DNA of 20,000 nt. It comes from an uncultured virus (IMG/VR IMGVR_UViG_3300028800_000075) (Duplodnaviria > Heunggongvirae > Uroviricota > Caudoviricetes). Positions within the stretch are counted from its first letter, which is position 1. The number at the start of each line of letters is the position of its first letter. The stretch lies in the IMG/VR virus record IMGVR_UViG_3300028800_000075. One strand, written 5' to 3'. The notes below the pieces were generated by a model. That model did not search any database. It was not told the origin of the DNA and was given only the letters and a program-made list of their open reading frames with translations. Below are positions 7,032-16,500 of this stretch, in pieces. Both the position numbers and the translations under genes were made by a program.

Positions 7032-7062
7032 AGCGGTGATGCTGTTGAAGAAGCACGTCTGA
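7028..7062 (+). pseudogene. Orphaned duplicate of the methyltransferase 3' end (EAVMLLKKHV*)
   Basis: 7030-7062 encodes EAVMLLKKHV* versus EAVLLMRKHA* at 5986-6018; exact 10-bp repeat GTGAAGCGGT at 5984-5993 and 7028-7037. Confidence 0.8.
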
Positions 7063-7078
7063 CCGCCTGACCGCCGCC

Positions 7079-7084
7079 TACTTA
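7079..7084 (+). promoter_or_regulatory. Candidate late promoter motif TACTTA
   Basis: Intergenic, followed by AGGAGAGG RBS and ATG 7103. Confidence 0.5.
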
Positions 7085-7102
7085 TGGTAGGAGAGGCGCT
7101 CA

Positions 7103-7369
7103 ATGACACACAGACAAACCCGTGGGCGGGTGCTTGAAGACGCCTTTGGTGCTCCTCCACAATCACGTGGCAGCATGATGAACGTCGCCGGCAAGACCGA
7201 CGATGAGCTCGAGCCCGGTGAGGAGTTGTTGACCGACGAGGGCGATGACTGCCCAGAACTCGCGGGTGACGGCATGGCGACGATGCGCGGACCTGTCTAC
7301 CCGGAGGGCGTGGCGAGGATCAGCATGGGCCAGCTACGTTCTTTCGTACGCCGTGCGCTGGTTGGTTAG
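7103..7369 (+). CDS. Small acidic hypothetical protein with C-terminal RISMGQLRSFVRRAL helix
   Basis: Strong RBS and promoter motif upstream; 88 aa. Confidence 0.7.
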   Translation: MTHRQTRGRVLEDAFGAPPQSRGSMMNVAGKTDDELEPGEELLTDEGDDCPELAGDGMATMRGPVYPEGVARISMGQLRSFVRRALVG

Positions 7370-7492
7370 TTCCTCACCGATGCTGTTCGGCGTAGAGGTT
7401 AGGATCAGTTCAATAGCGAGCCTATTTATCGTGTTCCCGACAGGTCTTGCCGGGCGCTGCGTGCCTAGTTACTCTGCAGAGGTTTGACCTAA

Positions 7493-10400
7493 GTGACTGC
7501 GAACGTCGTCGTTGACACAGTGAGCATCAACTACCCGATCATGTCGGGTGCAGTGCAGATCACGGGTTCCGTCTCTCTCAATCCCGCACCCATCATCACT
7601 GCGAATACGGCGACGACGGGCACCTTGGGCCTTGCCGTCGGCAACGCGCCCTACGCACCGCTCTTCGTCACGGGTTCTGTTTCCCTAAATCCAGCGCCAG
7701 TCATCACTGCGAATACGGCGACGACGGGCACGGCCGGCCTGGCGGTGGGCAATGCACCCTATCAACCCATCTACGTCAGCGTCACCAGTTCGCTGCCTGT
7801 CACCGGGTCAGTCTTTGTCATCAATCCCACGACTGTCACGGTGCCGCAACCCCTGCAAGTCTGGAGTGAGGGAGCGGTAGGCATCAGCGGTTCGGTGTCA
7901 ATTCTCGGTCAGGTCGGCGTCGACAACTTCCCAGCGACGCAGAACGTCAGTGGCTCGGTCACCGTGGGTGGCTATGCAGTCGGGGTGACCGGGTCGACCT
8001 ACATCACCACGACGGGCTCTCTTCCTGTCGCTGTCGTCGGTACAGTCCCTGTCTCCGTCGCTGGTACCATCAACGTTGCCCAACAAGGGCAGATCGGCGT
8101 TGACAATTTCCCGGCGGTGCAAGCCGTCAGTGGTTCCGTCGCCCTGACCAATTGGCCGGTGACGATCGGTATTTCCGGCTCTGCACCCCTCCAAGTGTGG
8201 TCAGAGGGCAACTTGGGGGTCTCGGGCTCCGTCTCAGTGTTGGGCCAGGTCGGCGTCTACAACTTCCCGGCCACGCAGAACGTCTCGGGTACCGTCACTG
8301 TCGGGGGTTATGCCACCGGCGTTACCGGGTCGACCTACATCACCACGACGGGCTCTCTTCCCGTCGCCGTGGTGGGCACTGTTCCTGTTTCTGTCGCCGG
8401 CACCGTCAATGTCTCTCAACAAGGTCAGATCGGTGTTGACAACTTCCCGGCCACCCAGAATGTGTCGGGGACGGTGCAGGTTTGGTCTGCAGGCAACATC
8501 GGGGTATCAGGTTCTGTTTCAATCCTCGGTCAGGTCGGCGTCTACAACTTCCCAGCCACCCAGAACGTCAGCGGCACTGTCACTGTGGGTGGTTACTCTG
8601 TCGGCGTAACGGGGTCGACATACATCACCACGACTGGCTCTCTCCCCGTTACTGTCGTTGGGACAGTGCCGGTCAGCCTTACTTCACAGGTCCAAGTCAG
8701 CAACTTCCCGGCGACACAGGCAGTGTCGGGTGCGGTGGCACTGACGAATTGGCCATTGACGATCGCCGTCAGCGGTTCGCAGCTCACGGGTTCAACTTTC
8801 GCGGGTTCTCCTGTCGTCGCCGGCGGCGTCTACTTTGGTTCTGGCAACATCGGTTCGCTGCCGACCTATGTCAAGGCACTGCAGACCGACATCAGTGGCG
8901 CTCAATACATCACCACGACGGGTTCGTTGCCAGTCGCCGTGGTGGGCACTGTCCCGGTGTCACTGGCCTCTCAAGTCCAAGTCAGCAACTTCCCGGCGAC
9001 CCAAAACGTCAGCGGGTCGATCACCGTCGGGGGCTACGGCGTCGGCGTCACCGGCTCTACCTATGTGACGACAACGGGCTCACTTGCGGTCGCGCCCGGC
9101 GACGGTGCTCAGTTCTCGGTCACGAACACTGCAGTTGCTCCTTTGTGGATCACTGGGTCGGTCAATATCTCGGGTGCGGCGTTCGTCCTCACCGCGTCAG
9201 TCTCTTCATCGATCAACATCGGGGCTGCGGTCGCGATCTCTAACTGGCCAGCCATTATTGGCGTCACTGCGTCGGCACCCATCCAAGTCTGGAGTGAGGG
9301 TAACGTCGGCGTGTCAGGATCGGTGTCGATCCTTGGGCAAGTGGGAGTTGACAACTTCCCAGCAACGCAGAATGTCTCGGGTTCGGTTGCACTGACCAAC
9401 TGGCCCGCAACGATCGGAGTGTCGGGATCACAGCTCAGTGGCTCTACGTTCTCGGGCTTTCCTGTCGTCGCCGGCGGCGTCTACTTTGGCTCGGGCAACG
9501 TGGGCTCTCTACCAGTCTACGTCAAGGCGCTACAGACTGACATCTCGGGTGCCCAGTACATCACTACGACGGGTTCTCTGCCTGTCGCTGTCGTTGGTAC
9601 CGTCCCGGTGTCGCTGGCATCTCAAGTCCAAGTCAGCAACTTCCCGGCCACACAGAACGTCTCAGGCACCGTCACCGTCACCACATCGGGTCCGCTTCAG
9701 ATCTGGAGCGAAGGTGCAGTCGGCGTCACGGGGTCAGTGGCCCTCAGTAACTGGCCGGCGACGATCGGTATCTCAGGTTCTGCGCCAATTCAAGTGTGGT
9801 CGGAGGGCAACGTCGGGATCTCTGGCTCCGTCTCAGTATTGGGTCAGGTCGGCGTCTATAACTTCCCAGCGACTCAAGCGGTCTCTGGCACTGTCACTGT
9901 GGGTGGCTATTCTGTCGGGGTGACGGGTTCCACCTACATCACGACGACGGGTTCTCTCCCTGTCGCCGTGGTGGGTACGGTTCCAGTCTCCATTGCAGGT
10001 ACCGTCAACACTTCGCAACAGGGTCAGATTCAGGTCAGTAACTTCCCAGCCACGCAAAACGTTAGCGGTACTGTCACTGTCACCACATCGGGCCCGCTGC
10101 AAGTCTGGAGCGAAGGGGCTACGGGGATCACCGGTTCCGTCGCTTTGACGAACTGGCCATTGACGATCGCCGTCAGCGGTTCACAGCTCACGGGCTCGAC
10201 CTTTGCGGGGTCACCCCTCGTCGCCGGCGGCGTCTATTACGGCTCGGGCAACATCGGTTCACTACCGACCTACGTCAAAGCAATTCAGACCGACATCTCG
10301 GGTGCAGTCTACATCACTTCGACAGGATCTTTTCCCGTCGCTGTGGTGGGTACTGTCCCAGTTTCGTTGGCATCACAGGTCCAAGTCTCCAACTTCCCGG

Positions 10401-13400
10401 CGACGCAGAACGTGTCGGGAACTGTCACCGTCACCACTACTGGCCCAATCCAAGTCTGGAGTGAAGGGGCCACAGGCGTCACCGGTTCGGTTGCTTTGAC
10501 CAACTGGCCAGCGACAATAGGAGTGTCAGGCTCCGTCTCTGTCCTCGGCCAGATCGGTGTCGACAACTTTCCAGCGACACAGAACGTTAGCGGCACAGTC
10601 ACTGTCGGCGGTTACTCTGTTGGGGTCACCGGGTCTACATACATCACGACGACAGGTTCCCTTCCCGTCGCTGTCGTCGGCACCGTTCCTGTCTCGATCG
10701 CAGGCACTGTCAATACTTCGCAACAAGGGCAGATCCAGGTCAGCAATTTCCCGGCGACACAAGCCATCAGCGGTACCGTCGCTCTGTCGAACTGGCCGGC
10801 TGTCATCGGGGTGTCGGGTTCGCAGCTCACCGGCTCGACTTTTGCGGGTTCTCCTGTCGTCGCCGGCGGCGTTTACTTCGGTTCTGGCAACATTGGCTCT
10901 CTTCCGGTCTACGTCAAAGCGTTGCAGACTGACATCTCGGGTGCCCAGTACATTACCACGACGGGCTCTCTTCCAGTCGCCGTCGTCGGCACTGTCCCAG
11001 TTTCTCTGGCGTCGCAAGTCCAAGTCAGCAACTTCCCGGCGACACAGAACGTCAGCGGCACTGTCACTGTTACGACGACAGGCCCGCTACAGGTGTGGTC
11101 AGAGGGCAACGTCGGCGTCTCAGGCTCCGTCTCTGTCCTCGGCCAGATCGGCGTCTACAACTTCCCGGCAACGCAGAATGTCAGCGGTTCGATCACTGTC
11201 GGTGGCTATGGCGTCGGTGTCACAGGATCTACCTACATCACCACGACGGGCTCTCTCCCTGTTGCTGTCGTCGGTACAGTCCCAGTCTCCATTGCGGGAA
11301 CCGTCAACACTTCGCAGCAAGGGCAGATCCAAGTCAGCAACTTCCCGGCAACTCAAAACGTGTCGGGGACTGTCACCGTCACCACGACTGGCCCACTTCA
11401 AGTCTGGAGTGAGGGAGCGGTAGGCGTCACTGGCTCCGTCGCTCTAACGAATTGGCCTGCAACGCTCGGCATCTCAGCATCTGCACCCATCCAAGTCTGG
11501 AGCGAGGGCAACGTCGGGGTCTCGGGCTCCGTCTCGGTGTTGGGTCAAGTCGGCGTCTACAACTTCCCTGCCACTCAGAACGTCTCAGGTTCAATCACGG
11601 TGGGTGGTTACGGTGTTGGGGTCACCGGTTCGACCTACATCACCACGACAGGTTCTTTGGCCGTCGCTCCCGGTGATGGTGCTACCTTCCCAGTGTCGAT
11701 TGCATCGACTGTCAACGTTGCGCAACAAGGCCAGATTCAAGTCTCCAATTTCCCAGCGACGCAGAATGTCAGCGGTTCGATCACCGTCGGTGCGTGGGGT
11801 ACCAACGTCACTGGCTCGATCACCGGCTCTGTCTTCGTCATCAATTCTCAACCAGTAACGTTCCCAGCCATCTTGCAGGTCTGGAGCGAAGGGGCTACGG
11901 GGGTCACGGGTTCGGTTGCTCTGACCAACTGGCCCGCAACGCTGGGTGTCTCGGGTTCGCAGCTAACTGGCTCGACTTTTGCGGGTTCTCCCGTCGTCGT
12001 GGGAGGTGCCTATTACGGCTCGGGCAACATCGGTTCGCTGCCGACCTACGTCAAGGCAATTCAGACTGACATCTCGGGTGCAGTCTACGTCACTGCATCG
12101 GGTTCTCTGCCCGTCACTTTTGGAGCACTGCCTCAACTGCAGATCTCCAACTTCCCGGCGACACAGAACGTCAGCGGGACCGTGGCGATCACCACGACTG
12201 GCCCGATCCAAGTCTGGAGTGAGGGCGCGACGGGGGTGACGGGATCAGTTGCACTGACCAACTGGCCTGCAACTATCGGTGTGTCGGGTTCTGTGGCCAT
12301 CACAAACCAGGTCGGCGTCTACAACTTCCCGGCGACACAGAACGTCTCGGGTACCGTCACTGTCGGCGGTTACTCTGTCGGTGTCACCGGGTCGACCTAC
12401 ATTACTTCAACGGGTTCGCTCCCAGTTGCTGTTGTCGGCACTGTCCCAGTCTCGATTGCCGGCACTGTCAACACTTCGCAGCAAGGGCAGATCCAAGTCA
12501 GCAACTTCCCGGCAACTCAGGCAGTGTCGGGCACCGTCGCTCTATCAAATTGGCCCGCCGTCATCGGGGTGTCGGGTTCACAACTTACAGGCTCAACCTT
12601 CGCGGGTTCTCCCGTCGTCGCTGGTGGTGTCTACTTCGGTTCTGGTAACATCGGCTCTCTTCCGGTTTACGTCAAGGCGATCGAAACTGACATCTCAGGT
12701 GCTGTCTACATCACTTCGACAGGATCTCTCCCCGTCGCCGTGGTGGGTACTGTCCCAGTGTCGTTGGCCTCTCAAGTTCAAGTCTCCAATTTTCCAGCGA
12801 CGCAGAACGTGTCGGGGACTGTCACCGTCACCACGACGGGTCCACTACAAGTTTGGAGCGAAGGTGCAGTCGGCGTAACGGGGTCAGTGGCCCTCTCAAA
12901 TTGGCCGGCGACGATCGGTATTTCCGGCTCTGCTCCCCTTCAAGTGTGGTCGGAGGGCAACGTCGGGGTCTCGGGTTCCGTCTCGGTGCTGGGCCAGATC
13001 GGCGTCTACAACTTCCCGGCAACGCAGAACGTCAGCGGGTCGATCACCGTTGGTGGTTACGGCGTCGGCATCACGGGTTCGACTTACATCACGTCGACCG
13101 GGTCACTGCCCGTAGCCGTCGTGGGCACTGTTCCCGTCAGCATTGCGGGTACCGTCAACACCTCACAACAGGGGCAGATCCAAGTCTCCAACTTCCCGGC
13201 AACCCAAAACGTGTCGGGGACTGTCACCGTCACCACGACGGGTCCTCTGCAAGTGTGGTCAGAAGGTGCAGTCGGTGTCACCGGTTCCGTCGCCCTGACG
13301 AACTGGCCCGCGACGGTGGGTGTCTCGGGCTCTGTCTCCGTCACTAACCAAGTCGGTGTCTACAACTTCCCGGCCACACAGAACGTGACGGGTTCGGTTG

Positions 13401-15031
13401 CGCTCAGCAATTGGCCAGCGACATTGGGCATCAGCGGCTCGCAGTTGACCGGGTCGACCTTCGCGGGCTCTCCCGTCGTTGCTGGTGGTGTTTACTTCGG
13501 CTCGGGCAACATTGGTTCGCTGCCCGTCTATGTCAAGGCACTGCAGACTGACATCTCAGGCGCGCAGTACATTACCACGACGGGCTCTCTCCCGGTCGCC
13601 GTGGTGGGCACCGTTCCTGTTTCTCTGGCATCTCAAGTCCAAGTCAGCAACTTTCCGGCGACCCAAAACGTCAGCGGTACTGTCACTGTCACCACGACTG
13701 GTCCATTGCAGGTTTGGAGCGAAGGTGCAGTCGGCGTCACTGGCAGCGTTGCACTGACGAACTGGCCCGCAACAGTGGGCGTGTCGGGCTCCGTCTCGGT
13801 GCTGGGCCAGGTCGGCGTCTACAACTTCCCGGCCACGCAGAACGTCTCAGGCACTGTCACCGTGGGTGGCTACAGCGTTGGGGTGACGGGTTCCACTTAC
13901 ATCACTTCAACGGGATCTCTACTTGTCGCCGTGGTGGGTACCGTCCCTGTCAGCATCGCTGGTACTGTCAACACTTCGCAACAAGGTCAAGTCGGCGTCT
14001 ACAACTTCCCGGCGACACAGAACGTGTCGGGCTCCATCACGCTGGGCGCTTGGGCCGCCAACGTCACAGGCTCGACCACCGTCACCGTCAGCGGCTCCAC
14101 GGGCCTGATGGTCGCCGCTCCACAGAACGCTCCCGTGTGGATGACGGGTTCCGTCGCCCTCAACCCAGTGCCGACGATCAATGCCTCGACGTCAACGACG
14201 GGCACCTTAGGTTTGGCGGTTGGCAATGCACCCTACGCGCCCCTGTATGTCACTGCGTCGGTGGGTTCACCGTTCTGGGTGACGGGTACCATCACCGTCA
14301 ATAACCCGAGTGGTGGAGGCGCCGGGGGCGCCGTCACTCAAGGCACTACGCCGTGGCTAGTGGCGCAGGAGGGTATGGTCGGCGTTTCAGGCTCCGTCGC
14401 CCTGACCAACTGGCCACTGACGATCAACGTGTCGTCATCGGCGGGTTTGACGGGTAGCTTTGGCATCAATCAGTACTACGGCGTACCACCCCTGACGACC
14501 CCCGTTGCACAGTCGATCCCATCCAACCAGCTCAACGTCACTCCATGGACGCTGTCGCTCACGGGCTCGCTCAGCGCGTCGAACGGCCAAGCGTTGCCCC
14601 TGAAGAGCGACTACCAGGGTAACCTCGCTAGCCGTGAGCAGTATGCACCCGTTGCCGAGGACAACTTCAATGGTGTCATTGCGACGGCACCCCTGCCACT
14701 CGCCGTCAGCTACTACAGCCCGACGTTCACGGGTTCGGTGGGATCGTTGCCCGGCCAGATCAAGACGGCGCCGGGTACCTTGTACCGTGTCTTTGCGACC
14801 AACCGCAATGGCCAAGTGCGATACCTGACGCTGCACAACACTAGCTCGGGCGGCCCGTCTGGCGTGCCCATTGCCGCTTACCCAATCCCGTCCTTGGGTA
14901 CCTACGTCCTCGACTATGCTCCCTGGGGTAACTTCTTCAGCGTCGGTGTCATCGTCGGCATCTCGACCAGCAACACCACCTACACCGCAGCAACTCCTGC
15001 AGATCACGACTTCAGTGTGTTGTACAGATAA
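7493..15031 (+). CDS. Giant modular repeat protein (2512 aa), putative virion fibre
   Basis: Uninterrupted 7.5-kb ORF; about 29 NFPA(T/V)Q repeats (manual count) interleaved with other modules; globular C-terminus (IKTAPGTLYRVFATNRNGQVRYLTLHN...FSVGVIVGIST); TAGTTA (7466-7471) and GAGG upstream of the GTG start. Confidence 0.85.
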   Translation: MTANVVVDTVSINYPIMSGAVQITGSVSLNPAPIITANTATTGTLGLAVGNAPYAPLFVTGSVSLNPAPVITANTATTGTAGLAVGNAPYQPIYVSVTSSLPVTGSVFVINPTTVTVPQPLQVWSEGAVGISGSVSILGQVGVDNFPATQNVSGSVTVGGYAVGVTGSTYITTTGSLPVAVVGTVPVSVAGTINVAQQGQIGVDNFPAVQAVSGSVALTNWPVTIGISGSAPLQVWSEGNLGVSGSVSVLGQVGVYNFPATQNVSGTVTVGGYATGVTGSTYITTTGSLPVAVVGTVPVSVAGTVNVSQQGQIGVDNFPATQNVSGTVQVWSAGNIGVSGSVSILGQVGVYNFPATQNVSGTVTVGGYSVGVTGSTYITTTGSLPVTVVGTVPVSLTSQVQVSNFPATQAVSGAVALTNWPLTIAVSGSQLTGSTFAGSPVVAGGVYFGSGNIGSLPTYVKALQTDISGAQYITTTGSLPVAVVGTVPVSLASQVQVSNFPATQNVSGSITVGGYGVGVTGSTYVTTTGSLAVAPGDGAQFSVTNTAVAPLWITGSVNISGAAFVLTASVSSSINIGAAVAISNWPAIIGVTASAPIQVWSEGNVGVSGSVSILGQVGVDNFPATQNVSGSVALTNWPATIGVSGSQLSGSTFSGFPVVAGGVYFGSGNVGSLPVYVKALQTDISGAQYITTTGSLPVAVVGTVPVSLASQVQVSNFPATQNVSGTVTVTTSGPLQIWSEGAVGVTGSVALSNWPATIGISGSAPIQVWSEGNVGISGSVSVLGQVGVYNFPATQAVSGTVTVGGYSVGVTGSTYITTTGSLPVAVVGTVPVSIAGTVNTSQQGQIQVSNFPATQNVSGTVTVTTSGPLQVWSEGATGITGSVALTNWPLTIAVSGSQLTGSTFAGSPLVAGGVYYGSGNIGSLPTYVKAIQTDISGAVYITSTGSFPVAVVGTVPVSLASQVQVSNFPATQNVSGTVTVTTTGPIQVWSEGATGVTGSVALTNWPATIGVSGSVSVLGQIGVDNFPATQNVSGTVTVGGYSVGVTGSTYITTTGSLPVAVVGTVPVSIAGTVNTSQQGQIQVSNFPATQAISGTVALSNWPAVIGVSGSQLTGSTFAGSPVVAGGVYFGSGNIGSLPVYVKALQTDISGAQYITTTGSLPVAVVGTVPVSLASQVQVSNFPATQNVSGTVTVTTTGPLQVWSEGNVGVSGSVSVLGQIGVYNFPATQNVSGSITVGGYGVGVTGSTYITTTGSLPVAVVGTVPVSIAGTVNTSQQGQIQVSNFPATQNVSGTVTVTTTGPLQVWSEGAVGVTGSVALTNWPATLGISASAPIQVWSEGNVGVSGSVSVLGQVGVYNFPATQNVSGSITVGGYGVGVTGSTYITTTGSLAVAPGDGATFPVSIASTVNVAQQGQIQVSNFPATQNVSGSITVGAWGTNVTGSITGSVFVINSQPVTFPAILQVWSEGATGVTGSVALTNWPATLGVSGSQLTGSTFAGSPVVVGGAYYGSGNIGSLPTYVKAIQTDISGAVYVTASGSLPVTFGALPQLQISNFPATQNVSGTVAITTTGPIQVWSEGATGVTGSVALTNWPATIGVSGSVAITNQVGVYNFPATQNVSGTVTVGGYSVGVTGSTYITSTGSLPVAVVGTVPVSIAGTVNTSQQGQIQVSNFPATQAVSGTVALSNWPAVIGVSGSQLTGSTFAGSPVVAGGVYFGSGNIGSLPVYVKAIETDISGAVYITSTGSLPVAVVGTVPVSLASQVQVSNFPATQNVSGTVTVTTTGPLQVWSEGAVGVTGSVALSNWPATIGISGSAPLQVWSEGNVGVSGSVSVLGQIGVYNFPATQNVSGSITVGGYGVGITGSTYITSTGSLPVAVVGTVPVSIAGTVNTSQQGQIQVSNFPATQNVSGTVTVTTTGPLQVWSEGAVGVTGSVALTNWPATVGVSGSVSVTNQVGVYNFPATQNVTGSVALSNWPATLGISGSQLTGSTFAGSPVVAGGVYFGSGNIGSLPVYVKALQTDISGAQYITTTGSLPVAVVGTVPVSLASQVQVSNFPATQNVSGTVTVTTTGPLQVWSEGAVGVTGSVALTNWPATVGVSGSVSVLGQVGVYNFPATQNVSGTVTVGGYSVGVTGSTYITSTGSLLVAVVGTVPVSIAGTVNTSQQGQVGVYNFPATQNVSGSITLGAWAANVTGSTTVTVSGSTGLMVAAPQNAPVWMTGSVALNPVPTINASTSTTGTLGLAVGNAPYAPLYVTASVGSPFWVTGTITVNNPSGGGAGGAVTQGTTPWLVAQEGMVGVSGSVALTNWPLTINVSSSAGLTGSFGINQYYGVPPLTTPVAQSIPSNQLNVTPWTLSLTGSLSASNGQALPLKSDYQGNLASREQYAPVAEDNFNGVIATAPLPLAVSYYSPTFTGSVGSLPGQIKTAPGTLYRVFATNRNGQVRYLTLHNTSSGGPSGVPIAAYPIPSLGTYVLDYAPWGNFFSVGVIVGISTSNTTYTAATPADHDFSVLYR

Positions 15032-15034
15032 CAG

Positions 15035-15784
15035 ATGACGGGCCCTTTTCCTCAGTTAGGTGGTCGAGGCATCGGCTTCATTCCGCAGCAGATCAGCGGT
15101 TTGATGATGTACTACGATTCGCGTCTCGGTGTGGCGACGAGTGGTGGCAACGTCACGCAATGGAATGACCTCAGCGGCAATGGCTTCAATCTGGTGCCCA
15201 TCACCGGGACGCTTGGTCCGGCATATAGCATTGACAGCAACAATCAACCCTGCTTGGGCAGCGTTTCACCGGTGACGGCGTCAATCTCATTGTCGACGTT
15301 GTTACCGACGACGCTGATTCCGACCGATCCCGTTGACGTCTTCTGTGTCATCAATCCGACAGTCACGGCGTCATATCCCTCCACATTCGTGTACTTGATG
15401 TTGATGGACAATAACTCGTCGACCCCCACGACCTCGCGCGACTTCTTTCAAGGCAATGCGACGGGTAACAAGTTACGTGTCGGCGCCGGCGGACAATCGT
15501 CTTTCGGATCAAACTTGTTGTTAGGCACGCAGGTGATGGAGGTGGTGTTCTCAGGAGGAGCCTCCTACATGGCGCTCAATGGGAGTAATGCTCCCGTCAC
15601 CAACATTCTTGCCGCGAGTTTCCCATCCAACCGCATGACATTGTTCAATCGTCCCACCGTTCAAGACGGCGCGTGGGCGGGCCTGATGTATGCGTTCCTT
15701 GTCTTCAATCGACAATTGGCCGCCAATGAGATCCAACAGTTGACACGCTACTTCGGTCAATCGTTCAACATTACGGTGCCCTAA
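15035..15784 (+). CDS. LamG/concanavalin A-like jelly-roll protein, paralog 1
   Basis: ISGLMMYYDSRLGV...VTQWNDLSGNG and C-terminal GLMYAFLVFNRQLAANEIQQL match phage LamG-like domains. Confidence 0.75.
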   Translation: MTGPFPQLGGRGIGFIPQQISGLMMYYDSRLGVATSGGNVTQWNDLSGNGFNLVPITGTLGPAYSIDSNNQPCLGSVSPVTASISLSTLLPTTLIPTDPVDVFCVINPTVTASYPSTFVYLMLMDNNSSTPTTSRDFFQGNATGNKLRVGAGGQSSFGSNLLLGTQVMEVVFSGGASYMALNGSNAPVTNILAASFPSNRMTLFNRPTVQDGAWAGLMYAFLVFNRQLAANEIQQLTRYFGQSFNITVP

Positions 15785-16500
15785 TGGCGATCTTCGGGCG
15801 CCAGCAAGGCTTTACACCGCAGCAGATCAGCGGCCTATTGTTCTACTTTGATTCACGAGTGGGAGTGATCCTCAGTGGTTCGACCGTCGTGCAATGGACG
15901 GATCTCAGCGGCAACGGTTTTCACGCCACCCAATCCAACGTCACCCTACAACCCACCTACAGTGGCAGCGGCGGTGGCAACAATCAACCTTACTTGGGCC
16001 TATCGGCGCCGGGATCACAGATTGCACTGTCGTGTTCGGCACAGAACCTCGCAGTGCCGGCACATTCGACGGTCGACATGTTCTTCGTCGTCAACCCGGT
16101 CACCGGGTCGGGCAATGCAATTGTGTGTGAACTACAGACGACGTTTAATGCGGAGGTCTTTGCGACCTACGTACAGTCTAACGTGAGTCAAGTTGATCAG
16201 TACAGCCAAGGCAACGGTGCCAACATCGCCATTGTTCCTAACGTCGATCAGATCTGGGAGAACTGCTTTAGCGGCGGTCAATCGTACCTAGCGGTGAACA
16301 ACGGCACTCAAGTCACGGGTTCCGTAGCGGGTACAACGCAGCCCGCTGTCGGCCTGTGCTTGTTCAATGGTCGCAACGCCGGGTCACCCTTCAGAGGCAA
16401 CGTCTACGCCATTCTGGCCTACAATCGACAGTTGTTGCCCGCTGAGGCACAGGTGTTGACCCGCTACTTTGGCAATGCCTTCAACATCACGGTGCCCTAA
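15784..16500 (+). CDS. LamG/concanavalin A-like jelly-roll protein, paralog 2
   Basis: ISGLLFYFDSRVGV...VVQWTDLSGNGFHATQ...FRGNVYAILAYNRQL; TAATG stop/start overlap. Confidence 0.75.
   Translation: MAIFGRQQGFTPQQISGLLFYFDSRVGVILSGSTVVQWTDLSGNGFHATQSNVTLQPTYSGSGGGNNQPYLGLSAPGSQIALSCSAQNLAVPAHSTVDMFFVVNPVTGSGNAIVCELQTTFNAEVFATYVQSNVSQVDQYSQGNGANIAIVPNVDQIWENCFSGGQSYLAVNNGTQVTGSVAGTTQPAVGLCLFNGRNAGSPFRGNVYAILAYNRQLLPAEAQVLTRYFGNAFNITVP

Noticed and set aside
5984..7037. Group I intron, intein or IS element
   Set aside because: The methyltransferase has its own stop before the nuclease, there is no room for a ribozyme core, and no terminal inverted repeats or transposase motifs are seen.
7800..14450. 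CRISPR array or non-coding DNA repeat
   Set aside because: Repeats stay in one reading frame and vary at synonymous positions; there is no constant repeat with unique spacers.
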